Source of the DNA: Candidatus Rifleibacteriota bacterium
GTDB lineage: Bacteria > Muiribacteriota > Ozemobacteria > Ozemobacterales > Ozemobacteraceae
DNA length: 64,000 bases
Assembly: GCA_028689875.1 (NCBI GenBank)
Contig: JAQVCG010000003.1
Coordinates: 3,662-67,661, forward strand
Reading direction: 5' to 3'
Shown here: one piece after another, positions 53,108 through 62,790 of the stretch
Position numbering within the stretch: position 1 is the stretch's first letter
How the letters are laid out: every line of letters begins with the position of its first letter
Made by a program: the position numbers and the translations under genes
The notes under the pieces: model-generated
What the model saw: the letters and a program-made list of their open reading frames with translations, nothing else
Told to the model about the DNA's origin: nothing
Databases searched by the model: none

Positions 53108-56100
53108 CCAAAGAAATATGCCCTTTTCTGGGAAAACTGAGAGAAGACAACAATTTATCGGGCAGCTGTATTCAAGAACAATGCATGTTTTACAGCAGTC
53201 AAAAATCAAGATGTATTTTTCTTGAAATCGGAACCGCTTCCGATGAGTATCTTGAATCACTGAAAAGAATTGCCGAACAAAACGAGCTCACAGTAATGCG
53301 AGAGCGCGCCAACGACTTTTCTGAATCTGAGAAAGCCGAAAGAATAAGCTTTTACATCAATCAGGCTAATATATTTAAGAATAAAGGCGACTTTACAAAA
53401 GCGCTTCTCGAATACAAGAAGTCTATGATACTTGCGCCTAATGATCCTTCTATTCATAAAGCGTTAGGCGACATTTATTCTATTCAGGGCATTTTAGAAG
53501 AAGCCATATCAGCTTACAGACAAGCGCTGAAGCAAGAACCTGACGACGGCGAGACATGGATAAGACTGATTCTTCAGTATCGCGCTTTTTGTGCGAACAT
53601 GCCCGACCGCGAAAAGAAAACAAGCGAAATTCTTGAAAAACTCACTTCTGAATTAAAAGCATTAAAGAACGAATCTATGGGCAGCTGCATAACGGGTAAC
53701 GCTAACCTTATTTTGCACCCCACAGATCCTGAAAGTTACGCATTGCAACGCGATAAAGCGGCAGTTTTAATGGAAAAAGCCCTCGAAATTGACCCTAGCA
53801 ATATTTGGGCACATCTTGGCGTAAAAGATGTAAAAATATACGCGAACGACTACGAAGGAGCGGTAAACCAGCTATTAGACGGGATTTCACACAATCCTGA
53901 CAACAGCCGTCTTACATTTGAACTGGCAGAATGCTATTTGTTGGCCCAAGCCGAACATGCCATGCCCACCGAGGATGCTCTTTCAAAAGCTCAAGAAAAC
54001 TATAAAAAAGTACTCAAACAAGACCCCGGTTATGCTCCCGCTTGTTTCCGTCTTGGCTACATTGCCGAAAACCGTGCTTTTTATGACCAAGCTATTGAAT
54101 ACTACCAGCAAGGCCTGAACATAAATCCCACAAACGTATTTGCCCACTTCAGAATGGGTAAAATTCATTTACTCATGGGCATGTATGAAATGGCCATAAA
54201 TAGATTTAAGGAAGTTATTGAGCTATCGAAAAACAGAGTTCAAGAAATTTACCAAGAAGGTTATCGATTTAATAAATTACGCTTCTTCAACGAAGCCAGC
54301 CCTCTCGGTGCCTGGATAGAACTGGGCAAGATTTATGTAAAACGAAGATATTATGATGAAGCTTTTGAAGCATTCCAAAAAGCCCTTGAAATTGACCCTT
54401 CAAGTCCTTTGGCCATAATGAACCAAATCGACCTTTACAAAATAAGAACCGACGACTTAAAAGACAAAGACACTCTTTACAGCAAGTACATTGAGCAGTA
54501 TAAAAATGCCGCAATGGTTAATTTCCAGAATCCGGTTGCTCACTTTGCTTTGGCTTATGCGTGTCAAATATTGCCTGCAAATTTGGCTGAAAAGCAAGAA
54601 GAAAGACTCGAAGAAGCTCTTAATGGCTATCAAATGGCCATAAATCTTACACCCGATTTCAAATGGGCGTATTGGGGCTTAAAAGACTCTTATCTCACTG
54701 CTTTGCCGGATTCTACTCCGCTATATGAGCAGGCCCTTGAAGCTTGTCAGCTTGTAACTGAGCTTGACAATGAAGACCCGCGTGCTTACTTTGAAACAGG
54801 CGATGTTTACCGAAAAATGGGCAACAAAGAGCTTGCATCAGAGCATTTTGAAAAAGCGGTTGAAAAAGACAAAGCCTATATTCCGGCATATTTGAATATG
54901 GCTGAAATCCAATTTGAAGAAAGCAATTACGAAGAAGCGGTAAAGCTTTATCAAAAAGTGATCAGAATAAACCCGAACTTTGCTCAGGGTTACTTCGAAT
55001 TGGGACGCGTTTGCTACGAAATGAAAGAAAATGAAAAAGCCATAGCCAACTTGAGAAAAGCCATTGAACTCGATATAGATTATACCGAAGCCCATTATCT
55101 TATTGGTCAAATCAGCTATGAAGAAATGCAAAACGATGTAGCGAAAATTAGATTCAGCCGTGTAATAGAGCTTGAACCAAACAACGCAAAAGCTTACTAT
55201 TACCTTGGCATGATAAATCATCGCAAAGGGCACTTCACACAAGCAATCGACGAACTTTCGAAAGCAATTTCCCTTGCCGATGACCCAACAACAATGCAGT
55301 TCGACTTGGCACGATTGTATTACGACTCAAGCAACTGGAGCGAAGCCAAAGCTATACTTGAGGTTATTATCGGCTTGGCGCCTGCCTACGTTGATGCAAT
55401 TATCTTGTATGCACAAACCCTTGAACGCTTAGACCAGACGCGCGAAGCAGAAAATGAGTATTTGAAAGCCATTGAATTGTCTGAAAGCAACATTTTGGCT
55501 CACGAAAGCCTTGCAAATCTGTATGAAATCACCGACCAAATCTACAAGGCCGAAGATGAATATCTTAAAGTGGTTGAAATCAATCCGCAACACATTGAAG
55601 CTCAGATGTCGCTCGCCAAGATTTACATCATAAGAGATTTAAAAGACAAGGCTCTGATGGCTCTCAATACTGTTGTAGAAATTGAACCCGAAATTTTTGA
55701 AGCACATCTCGAGCTTGCCAGAATTTATCATGGCAACAACAGCCTTGACGAAGCCGCTGAAAGCTACAACAAAGCCATTTCGATTAAACCGAATGCGCCT
55801 CAGGCACACGTAGAGCTTGCAGACGTTTACCTTGATCTAAACAAGACCAGCAAGGCAATTGATGAATATAACAAAGCACTTGAAATAGATCCGTCGTTGT
55901 CAGACGCTCTAATCAACCTCGGCGACCTCTATAATTTGGGCGAGCATTATGACTTGGCAAGCAATTGCTATCGTCGTCTAGTCGAGTTAGACCCACAAAA
56001 TCACAGTGCAAGATTCAAACTCGCAGAAACCTACTACCACCTCGGACAGCTTGAAAAAGCTCTGGACGAATATTTGAAGGTAGCAGAAATCAACGACGAG

Positions 56101-57942
56101 AGAATCGATGCTCTTATTCGCCTTGGCAAAATCTACGCATCACTAGAAAAATGGGAAGATGCCGCACGTTTCTATGTGCGCGTATTCGACACCGACCCGG
56201 GCAATTCGATAATTCATTTCGAATTAGGGAAAGTGTATGATCATCTTAACAGATTAACCGATGCCTTGAACGAGTTTGAGGCTGCCCTCGTCAATGAACC
56301 CAATAACTCGGGCATCTTGACACATATCGGTCTTATTCACAGGAAACAGGGCAATCTTGACCAGGCAATAAATCGTTTTACTCGTGCTATACAGATTGAT
56401 GGCGATAATCCTGTGCCTCATCGTGAGCTTGCAATGGCCTATATCAACAAAGGCAGAGTAGACAAAGCTATCGGAGAGTTCAAAGAAGCGTTGAAACTCG
56501 AGCCCGACAATATTCTTGTGAACATAGAGCTTGCCAAAGCCTATGCCAGCCAGGGGATATCAGATGAAGCAATTGATGCTTACAAAAAGATTATCACCCT
56601 TGATCCAAGAAACTCTTCGGCACACTTCGAGCTGGGAGTCATCTATTCAGCTCAAGGCAACAGTGAAAGCGCAATTTCTGAGTTTAAAACAGTTGTCGGT
56701 TTGTCTCCCACACACAAAAGAGTACATCTTGAGCTTGCAAGACAGCTGAAAATAACTGAAAGAGACGATGAAGCGATAGATGAATATCTTAAAGCGATCG
56801 AATTAGAAAAAGAAAACGCAATTGTTTATTATGAGCTCGGAGACCTTTATTACCAAAAAGGCAAAAATTCCGAAGCGCTCAATATGTTCGAAGAAGCCTT
56901 AAAACGCCAGCAAGACTATGTTGATGTATACCAAAAACTGGGTATGATCAGAATGTCTTTCGATGAATGGCAAAAAGCAAAAGAACTTTTCGAAAAAGCA
57001 ATCGAACTCGAAGCAGATAACTACAGTCTTTACAAAGAACTTGGCGAAGCCTGTGAAAAACTTGGCGAAACCACATGTGCCGTAGAATCATTCGAAAAGG
57101 CTCTTGAATTCAAGCCGGGCGATTTGAATATCATTTATCGCTTAGGTGCACAATATAAACAAAGCGCCAACTTTGAAGCGATGATAAATCTTTATTCTAA
57201 GGCAGTAGAAGCAGCTCCCAAGAATGCCTTGTTCTTCTTTGAACTTGGTGAAGCATATAAAGGCAGCAGCCACATAGAAAAGGCTGCCGAAAACTACGAA
57301 ATGGCCTTAAGCCTCAACGAAAACCTTATAGAATGCATATATTCACTAGGAAACATATTCTGGGAAAGCGAAAACTACGACAAAATGGTCAAACTGTATA
57401 AAAAGGCCATCAATAGGTATCCAACGAATAGTAAGGCGCACTTTGAACTTGGGAAAGCTTATTATAAGCAACTAAAAGTCGGTGATGCAATTGCCGAATT
57501 TAAAAAAGTCATAAATCTTGACTCAAATCATAGAGAAGTGTACTTTGAACTCGGCAAACTCTATCTAGACAATGGTATGCTTGAAGAATCGGCACAAACA
57601 CTTGAAAAGGCCGTTAAGATAACTCCCGAAATGGGCGAAGCCCACTTCCTTCTCGGCAAAGCTTATGAAGGAATGAACGAAAAAGAGAAATCGACACAGG
57701 CGTTTAAAAAGGCAAAAGGCCAAATGGAAGAAAACTATGAAATTCTTTTAAAGGTCGGCGCCGATTATCTTGAAAAAGAAGCCTATGAAGATGCTTTAAG
57801 AGAACTTGAGAAAGCATCAAGTTTTGCTGAAGCAGGTTCTACGGTGTATTTCTTACTTGGAAAAACATACCGCGGTTTAGGCAGGAACGAAGATGCAATC
57901 AAAGCACTTGAAAAAGCCGACGAAATGATGGAAAAAGAATAA
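53104..57942 (+). CDS. giant TPR-repeat protein (1612 aa) with a short N-terminal 4-Cys segment
   Basis: TPR-like 34-residue units (A..Y.KAL.L.P....A...LG..Y...) run essentially wall to wall. The start ATG overlaps the ftsK stop (ATGA at 53104-53107). Confidence 0.85.
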   Translation: MTKEICPFLGKLREDNNLSGSCIQEQCMFYSSQKSRCIFLEIGTASDEYLESLKRIAEQNELTVMRERANDFSESEKAERISFYINQANIFKNKGDFTKALLEYKKSMILAPNDPSIHKALGDIYSIQGILEEAISAYRQALKQEPDDGETWIRLILQYRAFCANMPDREKKTSEILEKLTSELKALKNESMGSCITGNANLILHPTDPESYALQRDKAAVLMEKALEIDPSNIWAHLGVKDVKIYANDYEGAVNQLLDGISHNPDNSRLTFELAECYLLAQAEHAMPTEDALSKAQENYKKVLKQDPGYAPACFRLGYIAENRAFYDQAIEYYQQGLNINPTNVFAHFRMGKIHLLMGMYEMAINRFKEVIELSKNRVQEIYQEGYRFNKLRFFNEASPLGAWIELGKIYVKRRYYDEAFEAFQKALEIDPSSPLAIMNQIDLYKIRTDDLKDKDTLYSKYIEQYKNAAMVNFQNPVAHFALAYACQILPANLAEKQEERLEEALNGYQMAINLTPDFKWAYWGLKDSYLTALPDSTPLYEQALEACQLVTELDNEDPRAYFETGDVYRKMGNKELASEHFEKAVEKDKAYIPAYLNMAEIQFEESNYEEAVKLYQKVIRINPNFAQGYFELGRVCYEMKENEKAIANLRKAIELDIDYTEAHYLIGQISYEEMQNDVAKIRFSRVIELEPNNAKAYYYLGMINHRKGHFTQAIDELSKAISLADDPTTMQFDLARLYYDSSNWSEAKAILEVIIGLAPAYVDAIILYAQTLERLDQTREAENEYLKAIELSESNILAHESLANLYEITDQIYKAEDEYLKVVEINPQHIEAQMSLAKIYIIRDLKDKALMALNTVVEIEPEIFEAHLELARIYHGNNSLDEAAESYNKAISIKPNAPQAHVELADVYLDLNKTSKAIDEYNKALEIDPSLSDALINLGDLYNLGEHYDLASNCYRRLVELDPQNHSARFKLAETYYHLGQLEKALDEYLKVAEINDERIDALIRLGKIYASLEKWEDAARFYVRVFDTDPGNSIIHFELGKVYDHLNRLTDALNEFEAALVNEPNNSGILTHIGLIHRKQGNLDQAINRFTRAIQIDGDNPVPHRELAMAYINKGRVDKAIGEFKEALKLEPDNILVNIELAKAYASQGISDEAIDAYKKIITLDPRNSSAHFELGVIYSAQGNSESAISEFKTVVGLSPTHKRVHLELARQLKITERDDEAIDEYLKAIELEKENAIVYYELGDLYYQKGKNSEALNMFEEALKRQQDYVDVYQKLGMIRMSFDEWQKAKELFEKAIELEADNYSLYKELGEACEKLGETTCAVESFEKALEFKPGDLNIIYRLGAQYKQSANFEAMINLYSKAVEAAPKNALFFFELGEAYKGSSHIEKAAENYEMALSLNENLIECIYSLGNIFWESENYDKMVKLYKKAINRYPTNSKAHFELGKAYYKQLKVGDAIAEFKKVINLDSNHREVYFELGKLYLDNGMLEESAQTLEKAVKITPEMGEAHFLLGKAYEGMNEKEKSTQAFKKAKGQMEENYEILLKVGADYLEKEAYEDALRELEKASSFAEAGSTVYFLLGKTYRGLGRNEDAIKALEKADEMMEKE

Positions 57943-57991
57943 TGACCAAAGCAAACATAGATTTAGTCACAGTATGCAAGGAGACAGGCAA

Positions 57992-60900
57992 ATGATTAAT
58001 CGTTGGGAAATCCTTTTAGAAAAAGGACAAACCTATTTCGAGCTTGAAAACTACGAAAAGGCGGCAGATACCTTTAAAAAGGTAATTGCCGAAAAGCCCG
58101 ATCTGGTTAAGGCTATGAGATACTTAGCCGAATGCAACGGTAAACTTGGAAACAAAAAAGAAGCCATAAATGCTTATGAGCAAATAATCGCGTTTGATCC
58201 TAACGATAGCGAAACATTAAGCAAACTTGGAAGCCTGTTACTTGAAACTGCTCAGCCCGAAAAAGCTATTAATGTATTTAACAAAGCTGCAGCTTTAGCT
58301 CCTGAGGACAAGAAGCTTCAGTTTGATTTAGGTCTTTTAAACACGAGACAAAATCATTTTGAAGCCGCCGAAAGACACTTTATTAAAGCCCTTGCTGTTG
58401 ACGAAAACTATATTGAAGCTTTAACCGAGTTAGCACGATTAAAAGTTGCCACCAATGACATCGAAACTGGGATAGATTACTATTTAAAAGCCATAGAAAT
58501 TGAGCCTAACAATGCAAAGTTGCACTCAGAACTGGGCGAAGCTTATGAATTTAACGGCCAATACAATGACTCTATAATGGAATATAAAAAAGCCGAGTAT
58601 CTGGACCCCAATGATCCCAAAATTCATTTCAAAATAGGTAAAGATCTTGAATCAAAAGGTAAACTGGAAGAAGCACTTGAAAAATATCAAGCTGTAAAAG
58701 AGCTAGACCCTCAGAATATAGAATTGTATTACAGGTGTGGCAAGCTTTATCAGAGACTTGAACAAACTCAAGCTGCGCGAGAAGAATTTGAAAAAATAGC
58801 GAAAATGAAGCCTGACTGGCTTGAAATAAGATATGAGTTAGCGAACCTCTATGGAGACATGGGTGACTACGAGCTCCAGATAAAAGAATATGAGGCAATT
58901 GCCCAACACGACACTTCATCAACAGAAGTAATGAAAAACTTAGGTGCCTCTTACGCTGCCAATGGCGAGCTAGACAAAGCACTTCAATATTACGACCAAG
59001 CTCTTGAATCTGATCCCTCTGACTATGAGATCCCCGAAAGAATGTATGAAATTGTATTAGCCGGCGGGGATCCGTCTTTATGTCTTGAAGTGCTTGAAGC
59101 ATTGTTTGAGACACGACCCGACGACTCAGATTTGGCACTTATATTGGCAAGAGCATTTGCTGCCCAGGGTTTAATGGACGAAGCAAATAATTTCTATATG
59201 AAAGTATTAGAAATTTCACCTGACCGAAATGATATAAAAGGTGAATTGCGAACCATCTACAGAAGCAAGGGAATGGTTAATGAAGAAATAGAAGCAGTTG
59301 AAACGCTGTTAGAAAATGACCCGAACAACTTTGAGCTTTTAAACGACCTTCAGATGCTTCAAATTGCCGCCGGCAAAGACAGAGAAGCAGTAACTACAAT
59401 TTCAAAATTAAATCAAATTCAGCCTTCTTCTCAATGGATGGTCATACTTGGGCAAATTTATATGCGCTTAGGTTTTACGGGTGAAGCAATAGCCGCGCTA
59501 CAACAGGCCTTGCAAATAAATCCCGAAGATACGTCACCACATATAACGCTTGCCGAAATTTACAAACAGCGCGATATGACCGAAGAAGCGGTTAACTCCT
59601 ACAACGTAATTATTGAGCAGAACCCGCACGATATTACTGCTCATATGGCATTAAGCGATCTTTACAAGAATCTTGGCAGAACGCACGATCAAATTAATTC
59701 ACTAAAACAGGCTGTAAATCTTGGTGCAAATGACTCACGCCTTTTCCTTGAACTTGGCAGTCTCATTTTGCAAGAAGGCAGTGAAGAAGGTCTTTCATAC
59801 CTTGTTAAAGCCAAAGAAACAGCGAACGGTTCGATAGCTGTTTTGAATCAGCTTATTGATGTTTATTTGGTAAGAAATCGCCATCAAGAAGCCCTGAATG
59901 AAATAGAAGAGCTCAGAAAACAAACACCTGAAGATATTTCGCTCTATCTTAAAATGTCGCGAATTTATCAGAGCAGACAAATGTATTCCGAAGCTCTTGA
60001 AGTATTGAATCAAGCCTGCATGGTTGCTCCACAAGACACTGACATAACTCTTGAAATTGCCAGAATATATATGGCAAATCAGCAATTTGCACAGGTCGTT
60101 GAAATTCTGCAAAATCTCAGACAAACTCAGCCGAACAACGCTGATATTTGTTCAATTATTGCTGAGGCCTATGCCAGATCCGGAGACGCAGAAATGGCAA
60201 TTATGGAACTCAAGAACCTGATAACGCAGAATCCGAGCAATTTCGATGCGCGAGTCCAGCTTGGCAGAATATACGGTATAAGCAATATGATAGACCAGGC
60301 CACAATGACATTTAAAGATATTATTGCCGAACAAAATAATATACCGATTGCACACGTTGAGCTTGGTCGAATATACCTGAATATGGGCAAGGCATATAAT
60401 GATCACAACATGATTGAAGCAGGTGTTGCAGAGTTGAACATTGCCCTTGAAATTGACCCCGAAAGCACTTTAGCTCACTTTGAACTTGGTGTTGCCTATA
60501 ACGACGCTTCAAAAATTGATGCTGCTCTTGCAGAATTCAGTAAAGTTCTTCAACTTGACCCGCTGCATGTTCAAGCTAAGGAATACCATAAGAATCTTAC
60601 AAACATTAAGGTTGCCGCGAGAGCCGAAGAAGGAATTAAACAAGCACGTCTGTTCTCTGAGCGCGGAATGTTTAAAAATGCGGTTATGGAATACGAAAAT
60701 GTTATAGGAATGCAGCCACAAAACCAAATTGCCTGGTATGAATTAGGAAATTTGCAATTACATTTAGGAGCACATGAAAAGGCTCTTGAAATTTTACAAA
60801 ATGCAAAAGAAATAAATCCCGAAACTACCGAAGTATATGTTTCTCTTGCTCATGCCTACCTAAGAACAAATCAACCCGACGAAGCTTCAATCGAAATTCA

Positions 60901-62602
60901 AGAGCTCTTAGGCATTGCACCCGAGCATTACAACGGTTTATTTATGCTCGGCAAAATATTCCAAGACAAGGGCTGGATAGATGAAGCTATCGAAAAATAT
61001 CAAGCTGCTCATCAAGTTGTCCCCAGTGAGCTTGAACCCATTCTGCAGTTGGGTATAATGTTCAGAGACAAAGGCGAAAATGATTCTGCCAAAATTTGGT
61101 TCCAGAAAGTCATTGAAATTGATGCAGGCAATATGACTGCCAGTGAGTTCTTTGCAAACCTGACTGCGACGCAGAAAAATGCCGAAATAGAAGAAGCCTT
61201 TGCAAAAGCTGCCGAAGCAGAAAAAGAAGGGGACGTTGACTCTGCAATTATCTTCTATGACAGCATTATAGACATCGACAATCATAATCTTGAAGCCAGA
61301 TTCAAACTCGGTTCACTCTATGAGTCAAAAAGTATGTTTGACGAAGCCACATTTGAATACGAACAGGCCATAAACTTAGATAAAAACCTAAAATATAAAG
61401 AACTCCCGCTTCGACTGGCAAATCTGCACATAAGAAAAGGTAAAATAGTTGAGGCAGTAGATTTACTTATTGTTTCGAAAAAGATATTCCCGGACAACCC
61501 GCAAATTAGAATAGACCTTGTTACACAACTTAAATTTAAAGTTTTAAATGGGTTTAGTAACGACGAAGAACTCGTAGAGATCAATGAGTCAATACGAAAA
61601 TCTATCGAAAATAGCTCTAACTACTGCGACTGGCTTGAAATGGGATTATTTGCATCTAAAGGCTTAGACAAGTCTATCGATGAAGAAAGTGCTATAACTC
61701 AATCAATCGAATACTTCGAAAAAGTTTTAGAGCTCCAACCCGGCAATCTTTTTGCTATGGCCGAACTTGCAAAAGTTTACCAAAGAAGAAATATGCTTGC
61801 TGATGTTGAAAATATTTTCAAACAAATTCTCGAAAAAGACCCCGAAAATGTCACGGTGCACAAAAAACTCGCCGAGCTTTACCAGTCTCAGGGCAGGTTT
61901 GATGAATCTATTTCTGAATACAAACAGTTAATTGAACTTGAGCACGGCAATGGCGAATACTATATGAAAATCATCGACATAATCAAAGAAATGTATTCTA
62001 AAGCCCCGAATAAAGGTCAGCTTCATACCACGATACTCAAAGAATATCAAACAAATGCAGAAGCGACCCCCAAAGATTCGATGCTAAACTTCAGTCTTGG
62101 ATACGCATACATCACCCTTGGATCAGGACTTACGCCTACACCAAGCGAAGAAGAACAGCAAAAGGCTATTTACTACTTGAAATTAGCAAACAGTAATGAT
62201 CCAAATAATCTGTGGCCCTATTGGGGATTAAAAATTGTTTACAGCAAACAATCTATAATGGGCAAGCATATGTATGATGAGGCAATAGCAATTTGCAGAA
62301 AAGCACTTAAAATTGATGAAAACAACGCAAAAGCGCACTATGAGCTCGGCGAAGCTTATAATGAAAACTACGACGTCAATATGAAAAATGAAGCAATGCA
62401 AGAATACAGAAAAGCGGTGCAACTTGACCCCAATTACATAGAAGCCCACTTTAGGCTTGGAAGCATATACAGAGTTAAAAACATGTATGAAAGAGCAACC
62501 GAAGAATACAATAAGGTAATTGAACTAGACCCGACCGGCCCTCTGGCAAATGATGCCAAACGTTCGCTAATTCATATCGAAAGGTCAAAAGGCGAACTAT
62601 AA
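57992..62602 (+). CDS. giant TPR-repeat protein (about 1536 aa)
   Basis: It has the same repeat architecture as the upstream gene. I prefer the ATG at 57992 (AGGAG 8 nt upstream) to the ORF-track start at 57974. Confidence 0.85.
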   Translation: MINRWEILLEKGQTYFELENYEKAADTFKKVIAEKPDLVKAMRYLAECNGKLGNKKEAINAYEQIIAFDPNDSETLSKLGSLLLETAQPEKAINVFNKAAALAPEDKKLQFDLGLLNTRQNHFEAAERHFIKALAVDENYIEALTELARLKVATNDIETGIDYYLKAIEIEPNNAKLHSELGEAYEFNGQYNDSIMEYKKAEYLDPNDPKIHFKIGKDLESKGKLEEALEKYQAVKELDPQNIELYYRCGKLYQRLEQTQAAREEFEKIAKMKPDWLEIRYELANLYGDMGDYELQIKEYEAIAQHDTSSTEVMKNLGASYAANGELDKALQYYDQALESDPSDYEIPERMYEIVLAGGDPSLCLEVLEALFETRPDDSDLALILARAFAAQGLMDEANNFYMKVLEISPDRNDIKGELRTIYRSKGMVNEEIEAVETLLENDPNNFELLNDLQMLQIAAGKDREAVTTISKLNQIQPSSQWMVILGQIYMRLGFTGEAIAALQQALQINPEDTSPHITLAEIYKQRDMTEEAVNSYNVIIEQNPHDITAHMALSDLYKNLGRTHDQINSLKQAVNLGANDSRLFLELGSLILQEGSEEGLSYLVKAKETANGSIAVLNQLIDVYLVRNRHQEALNEIEELRKQTPEDISLYLKMSRIYQSRQMYSEALEVLNQACMVAPQDTDITLEIARIYMANQQFAQVVEILQNLRQTQPNNADICSIIAEAYARSGDAEMAIMELKNLITQNPSNFDARVQLGRIYGISNMIDQATMTFKDIIAEQNNIPIAHVELGRIYLNMGKAYNDHNMIEAGVAELNIALEIDPESTLAHFELGVAYNDASKIDAALAEFSKVLQLDPLHVQAKEYHKNLTNIKVAARAEEGIKQARLFSERGMFKNAVMEYENVIGMQPQNQIAWYELGNLQLHLGAHEKALEILQNAKEINPETTEVYVSLAHAYLRTNQPDEASIEIQELLGIAPEHYNGLFMLGKIFQDKGWIDEAIEKYQAAHQVVPSELEPILQLGIMFRDKGENDSAKIWFQKVIEIDAGNMTASEFFANLTATQKNAEIEEAFAKAAEAEKEGDVDSAIIFYDSIIDIDNHNLEARFKLGSLYESKSMFDEATFEYEQAINLDKNLKYKELPLRLANLHIRKGKIVEAVDLLIVSKKIFPDNPQIRIDLVTQLKFKVLNGFSNDEELVEINESIRKSIENSSNYCDWLEMGLFASKGLDKSIDEESAITQSIEYFEKVLELQPGNLFAMAELAKVYQRRNMLADVENIFKQILEKDPENVTVHKKLAELYQSQGRFDESISEYKQLIELEHGNGEYYMKIIDIIKEMYSKAPNKGQLHTTILKEYQTNAEATPKDSMLNFSLGYAYITLGSGLTPTPSEEEQQKAIYYLKLANSNDPNNLWPYWGLKIVYSKQSIMGKHMYDEAIAICRKALKIDENNAKAHYELGEAYNENYDVNMKNEAMQEYRKAVQLDPNYIEAHFRLGSIYRVKNMYERATEEYNKVIELDPTGPLANDAKRSLIHIERSKGEL

Positions 62603-62620
62603 CGCCCAAGATTAGAAAAA

Positions 62621-62660
62621 AATAGCGACACTATATAACGTGCCGCTATTTTTATTTTTC
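62621..62660 (+). terminator. rho-independent terminator after the TPR genes
   Basis: The stem AATAGCG(a)CAC / GTG(c)CGCTATT (62621-62650) is followed by TTTATTTTT. Confidence 0.6.
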
Positions 62661-62680
62661 AAACAATATTATCGCGTAGG

Positions 62681-62694
62681 TGATAATATTATCA
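62681..62694. promoter_or_regulatory. second copy of the perfect palindrome TGATAATATTATCA
   Basis: It lies in the intergenic region between the TPR-operon terminator and rimO. A degenerate copy AAACAATATTATCG sits 20 nt upstream (62661-62674). Confidence 0.45.
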
Positions 62695-62790
62695 TTAAAG
62701 CGATTGAATTTGTTAAAAATAGAGTTTTGCCTTGTCGCCACTAGCACGATATTACTTGCCTTTTAGCCTTATTCGCGCTATTCTTGAACC

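Noticed and set aside
53104-62602. The possibility that the two giant TPR genes are DNA-level tandem repeats, a recent duplication or a mobile or contingency locus.
   Set aside because: The repetition is at the protein-motif level (34-aa units). Reading the nucleotide sequence, I see no long identical DNA repeats, homopolymer tracts or flanking recombinase genes.
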